Shown here: positions 53,363-64,000 of the stretch, piece by piece | Numbering within the stretch: position 1 is the stretch's first letter | Layout of the letters: every line of letters begins with the position of its first letter | DNA from: Octopus vulgaris | Taxonomy: Eukaryota | Assembly (NCBI GenBank): GCA_951406725.2 | Contig: OX597822.1 | Coordinates: 69,936,001 to 70,000,000, forward strand | Length of the DNA stretch: 64,000 nucleotides | Reading direction: 5' to 3' | Position numbers and translations under genes: made by a program | The notes under the pieces: model-generated | Databases searched by the model: none | Seen by the model: only the letters and a program-made list of their open reading frames with translations | What the model was told of the DNA's origin: nothing

Positions 53363-56204
53363 ATGGAGAAAATACTGATCAATTCATCAATGAAGGATGT
53401 ACCTATCCCTACCAAAGACCATTACACTAAAGAACTAATTTATAGAATGAATGAATTCATCCATAGGATCAGATGGCGGATTTTCCACCATGAGAACTAT
53501 AATAATAAAATAAACCAACAACACACTGGGGAAACGATCCGTAATGGAATTGGAAGCACCTATGAAGAAATATTAAAACTAACAGGCACTACATTTAAAT
53601 CTAGAAAGTCTCCTCCACCAAATATACATCTAGACAATTTTGAACAAGAACTATGGGAGACTGTAAAAAACATAAAATTTAGAAATCATCCTTTAAGATA
53701 TAACCCGCACCAAAGAGAATTGAAAGACTTAATTAGAACTCTCAAAGGTAAGAGCGGCATTCTAACACATTCTGACAAAACCAACAACATCTACAACATT
53801 GACATTACTGCATATCATGATCTTCTACACAAGGAAATAACCAAGAAATACAAAGTAGTACCTTCTAGTACACTTAGAAAACTGAACCTGGAGATCAGAG
53901 AAATCATATTTGACTACTACCTAGAAGAAAAAACGGAACCCTACACCCCATCCAGACCGAGAATTACACTAAAGGATCATAAAGAGAATTTTCTTGGAAA
54001 CACACAGGTCAGATTAATTTGCCCCACTAAATCTGACTTAGGCAGACTAAGTAAACTCATTCTAGATAAATATCTACCCACCATCCGCAATAAAATCAAA
54101 CTAAACCTTTGGAAGAATACTCAGGGTGCTTTGGATTGGTTTTCTACCATTAAGGTCTGTGACAGTAACAACTTTAGCTATAATAGAAATAAATTTATAC
54201 AATTCGATATACAGAATTATTACACTTCAATTAACCCTATTATATTAAATAAGTCCTTAATTTTTGCTAGAAAACACACTAAATTAAGTATGGGGGAGAT
54301 TAAGGTTATACTAACAGCCAGGAAAACTTTAATAGAGTTTGATAATAAACTTTAGGCTAGAAAGGACACACCCAACTTGTTCGATATCACAATGGGATCG
54401 CCGGACTCAGCGGAGGTGACTGATCTAGTTGGGATGTATCTATTAGATAACTTTAGTAGGGAATTCCCTGAATTAAAAGGTGGATTATACAGGGATGACG
54501 CCTTATTTTGTGTTAGGAATACATCAAATAGGAGATTAGATCTTCTGAAAAAAAGAATAAATAAATTTTTTAAAAGCTTCGGCCTATCCATTATCATTGA
54601 AAGTGAAAATTATTCTGCTAATTATTTAGATGTTAATTGTAACATTACTAATGGTTTACATGAACCCTATATTAAACCTAATTCTAACCTAATATACATT
54701 AACCGTTCTAGTAATCACCCCCTCAAATTAAAAATGCACTAGTGCGTAGCATTAGTCAGAGAATTTCTAGTTTATCCTCAAACGAGGAAATTTTTAACAA
54801 ACACTGTGATAGATACAATGCAGCATTACTTAAGGCAGGATATAAAAGTAAGATTTGGTTTATACCTAAGGGGAACCCCCTAATGTAGGTAGAACTATCA
54901 GGAACAACACAAATAGATTTAGGATAATCAACAATATACATAAGAATAGTAAAAATAGAATATATGATAACACCTATAATAAATGTAGAAGTGACGTTAA
55001 CCTTGGAAAGGTGAACGGTAGCTCAAATAGATCTAAGCATACGGGTAATAGTAGTAATATTAATAATAATATACGAATTAAAACTTATGGTAGACATGAT
55101 ATTGGTAAAGTTTACTTGCGCAATAACCATGGTAATATTGATATAGATAGATATAATAATAACAGTGGTAAGAATAGTAATCCTATGAGTTGGTCTACGA
55201 ATAGGATATTTACAAATAACATTAATTCTATAGGCAATCCTAATTCTGATAAGGATACTCTTTGGTTGATTATCCCGTATGCAATGCAGATTAAAACAAA
55301 CATAGTGAGAGCTTTGCATAATGTTATTTTTAGGCATTTTGGTAAGGATAGGAATAAATTTAGTCCTTTAATTAACAACGGTACTGTTAGAGTGGGATAT
55401 AGCATTACTCATAATCTAGCCACCATTATCTCCTCTTTTAATAACAAGAAACTGGATCACTTCTATAAGGATAGAAAATTGAATTTAGACCAGGAAAACT
55501 TGCCCCTCTTCATTAATAATAGGAATAGAAATTTTCTTGGAACAAATGGGAACAACCTCCTTACTAATAATGAGTGCACCATACCTGTCAGAGATAATAT
55601 AAATGTAATAGATCATACTACTACTACCAATACTAGTACTAGTGATAGGAATATAGCCGATAATGTGAAATTAACTCATTCGTTGATTTTGGGTTTGGAT
55701 GATGATAACAATTGTAACACTTATAATGTGAATAGTAGTATAGGGGTGGTGTCCAATCTTAGATTTCCTCATTCTGTTAATCTTTGTAATTTCAGAAATA
55801 AAAATAAATGTGTATTTGGTAATCAATGCCTCAGGAAGGAGGTAGTTTACCAATGCACTGTAGATACACAATTGAGTAGTAGGGTGTATATCGGGGCAAC
55901 TATGAATAGCATAAAACAAAGATGGAATTATCACAGATATACTTTTAGGAATAAAAATAGAATGTACTCTACAGGGCTAAGTGCATACATTTGGGAACTT
56001 AAAAGTAAGAACTTAGATTTTAGATTAAACTGGAAAATACTAACTTCAGCACCTGTGTATAATGGAAAAAATAAAAAATGCTCTCTATGTATTAATGAAA
56101 TTTTCTTCATTATTAAAGCGGGTCGGCAAATTATTAACAACATTAATGAGAAAAACTTCTTTTGTATTCATAGGCTACCGTTCACCTTTTCTAGATTCAA
56201 ATAG
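53363..56204 (+). pseudogene. PLE RT + GIY-YIG endonuclease ORF (~945 aa reconstructed), interrupted by one TAG (54353-54355) and two 1-nt frameshifts (~54720, ~54878)
   Basis: Motifs SMKDVPIP...RIRWRIF, FIQFDIQNYYTSI, MGSPDSAEVTDLVG, GLYRDDAL, YLDV, YINRSSNHP, then VVYQC...VYIGAT...KQRWNYH...CSLCINE...CIH. Confidence 0.92.
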
Positions 56205-57951
56205 AACTTAGCACTTCCACTATTATTAATTTTTTAATTCCCTTCTTTAACTAAATATACCTGTGGTCTTCTATAATTCTAAAGTATACAATTTATAAAT
56301 TTCATAATTTTATAATTTTTATAGCTACATTTGTATAATAATTAATGGATGTGTCTAGTATTATTGGTTTCTTGGTTTTTGTATGTGGGTTTTTGTTTGT
56401 TTTTTTAAGAGAAATGCAATATGACATAAAATAACATATTCATTTTGGTATTTGCCTTGTAATGTGTGATTTTTGAAGTTTTCCAATATTGCATAGTATA
56501 TTGCATAGTATATATGTATATCTTGGTTAGACACCTAGCTCTAGATAATGTAATGATATTGTATAATATGTAATATATGAGAGCCTTTTGTGAGTTTGGT
56601 GGGTTTAGGTTGAGATTATAGGTTTTTTGTATGTGTTTATTTGGAAGGTTTTTATTATATATTTGGTCTTTTTGTACTCACCTTAATTTGTATCTTATGC
56701 TATTCACTGATAAACCTTTTTCATTTTTTTTTTTTTTTTTTTTTCATTTTCTCATTTACATGCATTTTGCTTTATAATTATTACCAGCCTCATATATTTA
56801 GTTTATATCTATAGTCCTCTGGATCTGTACTTTAAACTATCCTTCCATACATATTTACTTTCAACAATATAAAATATATATATTCACTTTATTTATTTTT
56901 ATTTATTTCCCATTTTATTGTAATATTATCAATCTTTGCATCTAGTCTTCTATTCATTTATTTATTTGCCTATTTAAGTGTAGATGTTTACATACATATC
57001 AAGTCATCTAATTTGTTACCTATTTATTTTTTACTTATTTACTTATACTGGTGTAGTTTTATACATACATATCTATCATTTATTTTTATTTAATTTTAAT
57101 AATATATGAATACATATATACTAGTTTGTACTTATAATTATGTGTATAACCGTATTTATTCCTTCGTATTTATTCCTTTTTATTTATTTTATCTCTTTTC
57201 ATCTTAAGTCTTTATAATATAAAATTTATTTAAAATTTCTGTGATGTTCTCATAAGCGTTTACATTAATACTTCCCCTTCTATTCTTTAATGCCTAAACT
57301 GGTATATTATGGCACTATATTTATTAAGTTAATAAGTGACTTATTTATAATATTTAAATTAATATATATTTTATATTTTATATTTTATAATTTAGCGTAC
57401 TTAAAATCATAACAAACTTACGATAAACCTAACAACCGTATGTTTACTCTGTAACAAACCGGTGTTATAAATTTTAAGTTACCCATGAAATAATTATCTG
57501 AATTAGTAACATACTGGTATTTATAAATATATTTATATCTAAATTAAATATTTTATAGAATGCATGGATGGTTCTTTTTTTGTTATTGAGGCTCAGTTAT
57601 AATTTTGAAGGACTAAATGTTAGCATAGTTGCTTCCCTTTTTTGTTTATCTAAGTGCTAGTTGTTGCTTGTGATTGTGTATGTGTATAAGTGTATGTATA
57701 TACATATAACTATGTGTGTATGTGCGATTGATCTGTAGATGCGTGTGTGAATATTGGCGTTCCTTGACTAACCAACCGTATAATTTTCTTTTGTGATTTA
57801 AATTTCAAACCAATAGCCAATCGAATTAATCTAAATTTTCTTTACCTAGTGGTCAGCATTTCTTAACTCATAGTTATTTCGATCTTGAAAGGATGGACTT
57901 GGTGCTTACTTAACTGTATCTATTTTTAGTATTTTTTTTTTATTATTATTA

Positions 57952-58003
<52 letters not shown>

Positions 58004-58110
58004 AGTAATTTTTATTAACTTTTATAGCTTTAGAATTTTATGAACTGTACCACGGATTTAATTATTATTTTTCATCTCCATATGTGTTAGCCCTTTTTTT
58101 TTTTTTTTTT

Positions 58111-58662
58111 ATAAAAAAAACTATTAATAAATATGTATAATATCGGTACTTATTAATATTAATATATACACTGTTATATATTTTGTTTTATTTTGTTCTG
58201 TTTACCTTCCTTTTTGTACAAATGTGTATTATATTATATAAGTGTAGCATTATGATGTATAAGTTTTTATATTTTACATTTTTATATTTTTATATTTATA
58301 TGTATATGATTATATAATATTTTTCACTATTATAACAAATTTAATTTAATTCTCTGAAGAGGCCGTGGGGCATCCTTGTTAATGCCTCATTTATACCTGC
58401 CTTTATGGCTTATAGGTTAAATGAGGTATGACTGTCCTCACTGCCGAAACAGCTGTCAGTTTTGATTTATTTGCATATTATATTTGAAATTTTTTACTTA
58501 TATCTCTTTATCTTTTTACTTTTACTATTACTGTATATCTCATTTCATTTTATATATTGCCTTTACTCATATGTAATGGTGTATTAAAGTATGGATTGAG
58601 TATCATCGGATAGTTGATGTTTTACTGATTTAAGTATGTTTCTCCATTCTCTAATTTTGTAG

Positions 58663-58667
<5 letters not shown>
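58111..58667 (+). repeat. 3' pseudo-LTR of the PLE
   Basis: Direct repeat of 52497-53054; preceded by a poly(T) run and followed by (TA)n. Confidence 0.93.
58343..58468 (+). ncRNA. type I hammerhead ribozyme with extended stem II (3' pLTR)
   Basis: Identical copy; CTGAAGA at 58354, predicted cut after 58457. Confidence 0.85.
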
Positions 58668-58737
<70 letters not shown>

Positions 58738-58754
58738 CATATATACATATATAT

Positions 58755-58805
<51 letters not shown>

Positions 58806-59002
58806 GGAGTAAGCACATAAATGTGAAACAAGATGGAAAGAAAGAGTACTCAAATACCAAATACCAGAGGTAGGGTAATATGCTTTATTTAAAACTGTCT
58901 GACAAACAGGAACATTAAACTCTGAATAACAGCTTTTGTTATATTTCTGCTGCTTTTAAATAATATATATATATATGCATACACATATACATATATATAT
59001 AT

Positions 59003-59247
59003 ATCATCATCATCATCATCATCATCGTCGTTTAACGTCTGTTCTCCATGCTAGCATGGATTGGACGGTTCGACCGGGGATCTGGGAAGCCAGAAGGCTG
59101 CACCAGGCTCCAGTCTGATCTGGCAGTGTTTCTACAGCTGGATGCCCTTCCTAACGCCAACCACTCCGTGAGTGTAGTGGGTGCTTTTTACGTGCCAGAT
59201 TAGGCTGGCAACGGCCACGATCGGATTGGTGCTTTTTACGTGCCACC
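59003..59247 (-). mobile_element. third SINE-like family with (GAT)n tail (copies ~8475-8910, 29310-29690, 40298-40700, 46238-46435, 60950-61128; opposite orientation ~11210-11380)
   Basis: Recurrent (cat)n-gtttaacgtc...catgctagcatgg...ctggatgcccttcctaacgccaaccactcc body. Confidence 0.82.
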
Positions 59248-60179
59248 ATACATATATATGACGGGCTTCTTTCAGTTTCTGTCTACCAAATCCACTCACA
59301 AGGCTTTGGTCAGCCCAAGGCTATAGTAGAAGACACTTGCCCAAGGTGCCACACAGTGGCACTGAACCCGGAACCATGTGGTTTGTAAGTAAGCTACTTA
59401 TCACACAGCCACTCTTGCGCCTATACATCTAAATATAAAATTTTGTATTATCTTCTTTGAATTTGGTTTAGTTGAAGAGGACTTCTTTCAAATTTTGTAC
59501 TCAACGCATGATATGAGTATAGTGTTTTATATTCTTTTACTTAAAACTTGGCTTGTTTTAAGAGGCGTATGTGTCTGTTTAAGTATGTGCGTGGGCATAT
59601 GTAAGTACATATTAGTATAAATCAATAAGTCAAATAAAATTACCTTGTCATATCATTATATGTCTTCTATGCCAAGGAAGACTTAGTCATTCAATAAATC
59701 AATAGATAATTTTCAATTATGGAAAAAATAGTTGACTAAGTATGTAATCGACTAAAAAAAAAAATGACCTTGACGACAGTTCCACAATATGGTCGCAGTG
59801 AAAAGATTGAAACCATAAAAGGAATTTAAGGATTTCAAGAGTTTATGGTTCATAATTGTATCAACTCCAGTAGTTTGTCTGGTCCATGCTTCATCACTTT
59901 CTCTTTCTCTCTTGTTGTTAAGATAAGCTTTTGATAATGTAGAAGAATATCTTGTTTCAGAGAACTAGAAACTTGGAGGCAAAAAGTGATATTTATTATG
60001 AATATTTTATGGAAACCACTCATAAATACACACATACATACACACACATACATACACATACATACACATATATACATAGATATATATAAATTATATATCA
60101 TCATCATTATCATCCTCATCGTTTAATGTCTGCTGCTGCTGCTGCTGATGATGATGATATATAATTTATATATATATAT

Positions 60180-60362
60180 AAATAATACATTTCTAAATAT
60201 CTCAGAGAGATATATGCAGTAGAGGTACAATAGAGTAGTTGTATACTGTCAACTTAATGTGACAGTCTCATGAAGGGTATCACATTAAGTTGACAGTATA
60301 CAACTACTCTATCGTACCACTACTGCATATATCTCTCTGAGAGATTTAGAAATGTATTATTT
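60180..60362. repeat. long inverted repeat (~83-bp arms, 17-nt loop) next to (TA)n
   Basis: 60180-60262 is the reverse complement of 60280-60362 with about 3 mismatches. Confidence 0.9.
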
Positions 60363-60451
60363 CAATTTTTGTAATCAGTGGATTATTTCACTGGCATTCT
60401 TATATGTTTACAAGAGCTAGATAGGCATCTCCAAATAGCAGGCTATGCTAC

Positions 60452-60494
60452 TCCAGACTGATGATGAGCAAAGACCCAGAAACTAGTTTCTGGA
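60452..60494 (+). ncRNA. minimal type I hammerhead ribozyme
   Basis: tccaga CTGATGA tgag caaaga ccca GAAA ctag TT tctgga: 6-bp stem I, stem II with one mismatch, palindromic ACTAGT stem III, GUU site. Confidence 0.7.
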
Positions 60495-61472
60495 TGCAGG
60501 CTTAGCTGGGTGTTGGTGCTTATCTCTCCCCTTGTAAACATAAGGATACATGAAATGTGTCAAGGCCGACAGGAAGCGTTGCTGCTTCCTAGGGTTAAAT
60601 AGCAGTAGTGTGGTTCCCTTCAACCTGTTTCATTTAGGTTTAACTCTTTAGTATCTAAACTGGCAAAATCTGGCCAAAATATTCCACCTGTTTTATGTTC
60701 AAACCAACCAGATTCATCCTTTCATGCCTATCTTACCATGTCATTCAAAAAATAAACAATCACATCACTAAAATCTCAAAGCTACAAGATGATAAATGAT
60801 TAGTTGAAAATAATTTGGATAAATAAACATTACATTTGACAGAGTAAGCTGAATGCTAAAGGGTTAAACAGGCCAAATCCAACCAAAATATTCTCCCTGC
60901 TGTAAGTTCAAACTAACCAGATTGGGTCTCTCACACTTACCTTACAAAGTCATCATCATCATCATCGTTTAACATCCGCCTTCCATGCTAGCATGCGTTG
61001 GACAATTTTGACTGAGGGCTCATGAACCAGATGGCTGTGCCAGGCTCCAATCCTGATCTGGTAGTGTTTTTACAGCTGGATGCCCTTCCTAATGTCAACC
61101 ACTCCGAGAGTGTAGTGGGTGCTTTTTATCATTGCATCATCGAAATCTTAAAAGTACAAGATAATGCCTGATTAATTCAAAACAATGTCAATAAATAAGA
61201 ATTATGATACAATTTAATCTAGATGCTAAAGGGTTAACACTTCATAAAAGACGACAACCGTCACATCCTGCCAACACAGAGCATAACTTATTTTTACTGT
61301 AGTCCTGGTTTGGGGATGGATTCTCCTTTTTCATTGGGTACCGATCATTGTCATTTTTGTTGATTATGATAGTAGGGAACCCACTTGTCATTATTTATGA
61401 TGGCTATACCCAGGAAAGGTTTGGTAGCATGTCTACTCTTCAATGACAAGGGGATGGCAACTCTTTGATTAA

Positions 61473-61693
61473 CCCTTTCATTTCCAACCTGGCTGAAACC
61501 GGCTCTGGCTCTGTAGTACAAATGTCTTGTTTCCAAAAGTTCTGAATTAAAATCTTCCAACAAACCTTAGTCACAATTTATGTTCCTAACACTAGCTTAA
61601 TGATAACTAAGTTATTTTACTAAATTCTTTGTTATATTTAAAATGATTGAAAGAAACACAGAACATCTCAAAATAAATATAGTAATGAAAGGG
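61473..61693. mobile_element. piggyBac-type MITE (TTAA TSD), inverted copy
   Basis: TTAA|CCCTTTCAT...ATGAAAGGG|TTAA; internal sequence is the reverse complement of 42859-43078. Confidence 0.78.
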
Positions 61694-62094
61694 TTAAGAA
61701 AAGAAGCAGTCAGGTGATGAGGGAGCCACTGACCATGTTTAGATATATTTCCTTGATCACTATGGTGTTTTATGATTGAAGTGTGACTCAAACTGTTTCA
61801 CTAATTCTTGTACAGTTTGCTTGGGGTTTTCCTCAGCTACTATTTTCAGAAGCTCATTATTGATGGACCTGGCCACTTAAAGCTTCATTTCCATGGACAA
61901 AACAAATATTTCTTATTTCTTTATTGCCCACAAGTGGCTAAACATAGAGGCGACAAACAAAGACAAATAAAGGGATTAAGTTGATTGCAATGACCCTAGT
62001 GCATAACTGATATTTATTTAATCAACCCTGAAAGGATGAAAAGGCAAGTCGACCTTGGTGGAATTTGAACGCAGAATGTAAAGATGGACAAAAT

Positions 62095-62327
62095 ACCTAT
62101 TTCTTTACTACCCACAAGGTGCTAAACACAGAGAGGACAAGCAAGAACAGACAAACAGATTAAGTCGATTATATCAACCCCAGTGCGTAACTGGTACTTA
62201 TTTAATCGACCCCGAAAAGATGAAAGGCAAAGTCGACCTCGGCGGAATTTGAACTCAGAACGTAACGACAGACGAAATACCGCTAAGCATTTCGCCCAGC
62301 GTGCTAACGTTTCTGACAGCTCACCGC
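62095..62327 (-). mobile_element. second tRNA-derived SINE family (other copies ~5080-5272, 15460-15668 on +; 6940-7145, 63390-63560 on -)
   Basis: Shared gcggcgagctggcagaaacgttagc...gagttcaaattcc...ggtcgataaattaagtaccag body. Confidence 0.85.
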
Positions 62328-63719
62328 TTTAAAGAAATATTTCTTGCTGCTTCCATTGCTGAAACATGAAACATCCCTTTTGAATTCATACTGCATGCAA
62401 TGTCTGATATGGGTCTGATTTAAACTCATTTTAAAAGAGTAACATAGATATGAATTTAACCATTGTAGTATAAAATAATTTGTAAAGGAAGTAAAAAAAA
62501 AAAAACAGCATTAGAATGTGTGTGCTTGTGTGTGTGTGTGTGTGTGTGTATGTGTTATATCCTTTTTCACTCTGGTTCCAGTTCAATGTTGCATACCCAT
62601 TTTCCTTCTCAACAACAACTAAAAAATTGTTATCTGGTCTTTGAGAGATTATAATCTTGTTCCTTTCAAACCACTCTCAAACTCTACTCCTTCCACCACT
62701 GTTACTGCTGCTGCCACCACCTCCACCCCTGCCACCACCTCCACCGCTGCCACCACCACCACCATTACCTATGTGATTTATCTCAACTTCTGCACCCACC
62801 TCTTTATTCCTTTAGTTTAATGACCTATTGAATTATTGAGATGAAGGTGGAGGAAGGTGATGGCACTGGTGCCGACAGAGGCAGCAGCTGCAGCAGTGGC
62901 TGCCTTATGGGTTTGAAGTGTTTCAATGACAGTAAACCTGAAGTGGAGAAGAATTGGTATTTCAGATATTTGAAGGATAGTAGCAACATGGATTAGAACG
63001 GTTATAGAAGGGAAGAATGTTTTCGAATTAATAAAACAAAAATTAGCTGTCTTTTATTCAAGAAGGAAGTGAACCACACAAAATGGTGTGGTACATTCAT
63101 GTATATTACTTTATTAGCAATTAGGAAATGAACAGTGGTTTCACAGCAGCAGAAACTGTATCTGGTTACATCTCATTTACCTTTAAAGTTCAAATTATGA
63201 TGGGATTGACTTTCCTTTCAGCCAGCTGTGATAGAAGCAGGGACTTATTTAATAAGTGCCTAGAAATTTGATGAAGTGCTAGTTAGAAGAACTGTCACAC
63301 CCAACAACCACACAGACATTTCTGCAACAGATTTATATGAGAAAATATTGGTTTCAAATTTTGGTACAAGCACAGCAATTTCTTGGGAAAGCCTTAAGTT
63401 GATTACATTGACCCCAGTGCTCAGCTGGTACTTATTTTATCCACACCGAAAGGATGAAAGGCAAAATCGACCCAGGTGGAATTTGAACTCAAAACCTAAA
63501 GATGGATGAAATGCTGCTAAGCATTTTCACCTGGCATGCTAACAATTCTTTCAGTTTCCCACCTTAAATTAAAAAAAAATATTGTTAGTCACCATATTTA
63601 TCAATCTCCTGTCTTTCTTTCATGATAATATGTTGATATATACTGGCACAGCCCATCATCATCATCATCATCACCATCACCATCATCACCATATCATCAC
63701 CACCACCACCACCACCACC

Positions 63720-64000
63720 TAAAAACAGAAACAATTCCTATGATAGTCAACGCATAAGGTATGATAAAAAATATTCAGACAAATACATAACAAAAATACC
63801 AGGACTTACAAATATATATAACATACAGAAAATTGCACTACTGGGCATTAGACACATTCTACGCAAAACATTTTCAATACAGTAACCATAAAAGCATCAC
63901 AGCAAACCACAGCACATAACCAAGGCACACAGAGCTGCGCTCAGTAGTGAAGTGAAAGCACGCTATAAAAATAAAACTACTGAATAATAATAATAATAAT
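63720..64000 (+). mobile_element. 3' end of an R4/Dong-type (RLE) LINE with (TAA)n tail
   Basis: TIPMIV.A.GMIKK...NIQKIALLG..HILRK C-terminal signature, short UTR, then (TAA)n. Confidence 0.7.

Larger units (their letters stand above)
52497..58667 (+). mobile_element. Penelope-like retroelement (Naiad-type), near full length, with direct pseudo-LTRs, inserted in (TA)n
   Basis: RT and C-terminal GIY-YIG coding region between two ~557-bp nearly identical direct repeats that each carry a hammerhead; (TA)n on both flanks. Confidence 0.93.

Noticed and set aside
62690-62900. CCA-rich/TGG-rich imperfect inverted region
   Set aside because: Low-complexity trinucleotide sequence; the complementarity is explained by composition.

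Overview
AT-rich, repeat-dense eukaryotic (animal) DNA. The SINE families and microsatellites look like those of octopus/coleoid cephalopods; this is inferred from repeat recognition, not from a search. Two spliced genes point away from each other. On the minus strand is the 5' half of a Piwi-clade Argonaute gene (PIWIL2/Ago3-like), with 8 coding exons that splice in frame from 16025 down to 846 and continue off the left edge. On the plus strand is a complete 6-coding-exon RPL8/uL2 gene (32651-39806) whose last intron holds two SNORD37-like box C/D snoRNAs. The largest mobile element is a near-complete Naiad-type Penelope-like retroelement (52497-58667): RT plus GIY-YIG, flanked by ~557-bp direct pseudo-LTRs and inserted in (TA)n. 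Each pseudo-LTR carries a hammerhead ribozyme with an unusually long stem II. Several more hammerhead motifs lie in small non-coding palindromic elements, including a 337-bp near-perfect palindrome in a piwi intron with a hammerhead on each strand. The rest is a Helitron with a Pif1 fragment and an internal 165-bp tandem array, mariner/Tc1, RTE, R4/Dong and PLE remnants, MULE-, hAT- and piggyBac-type MITEs, SINEs and microsatellites. Most ORFs in the supplied track are spurious. All coordinates and alignments were read by eye.
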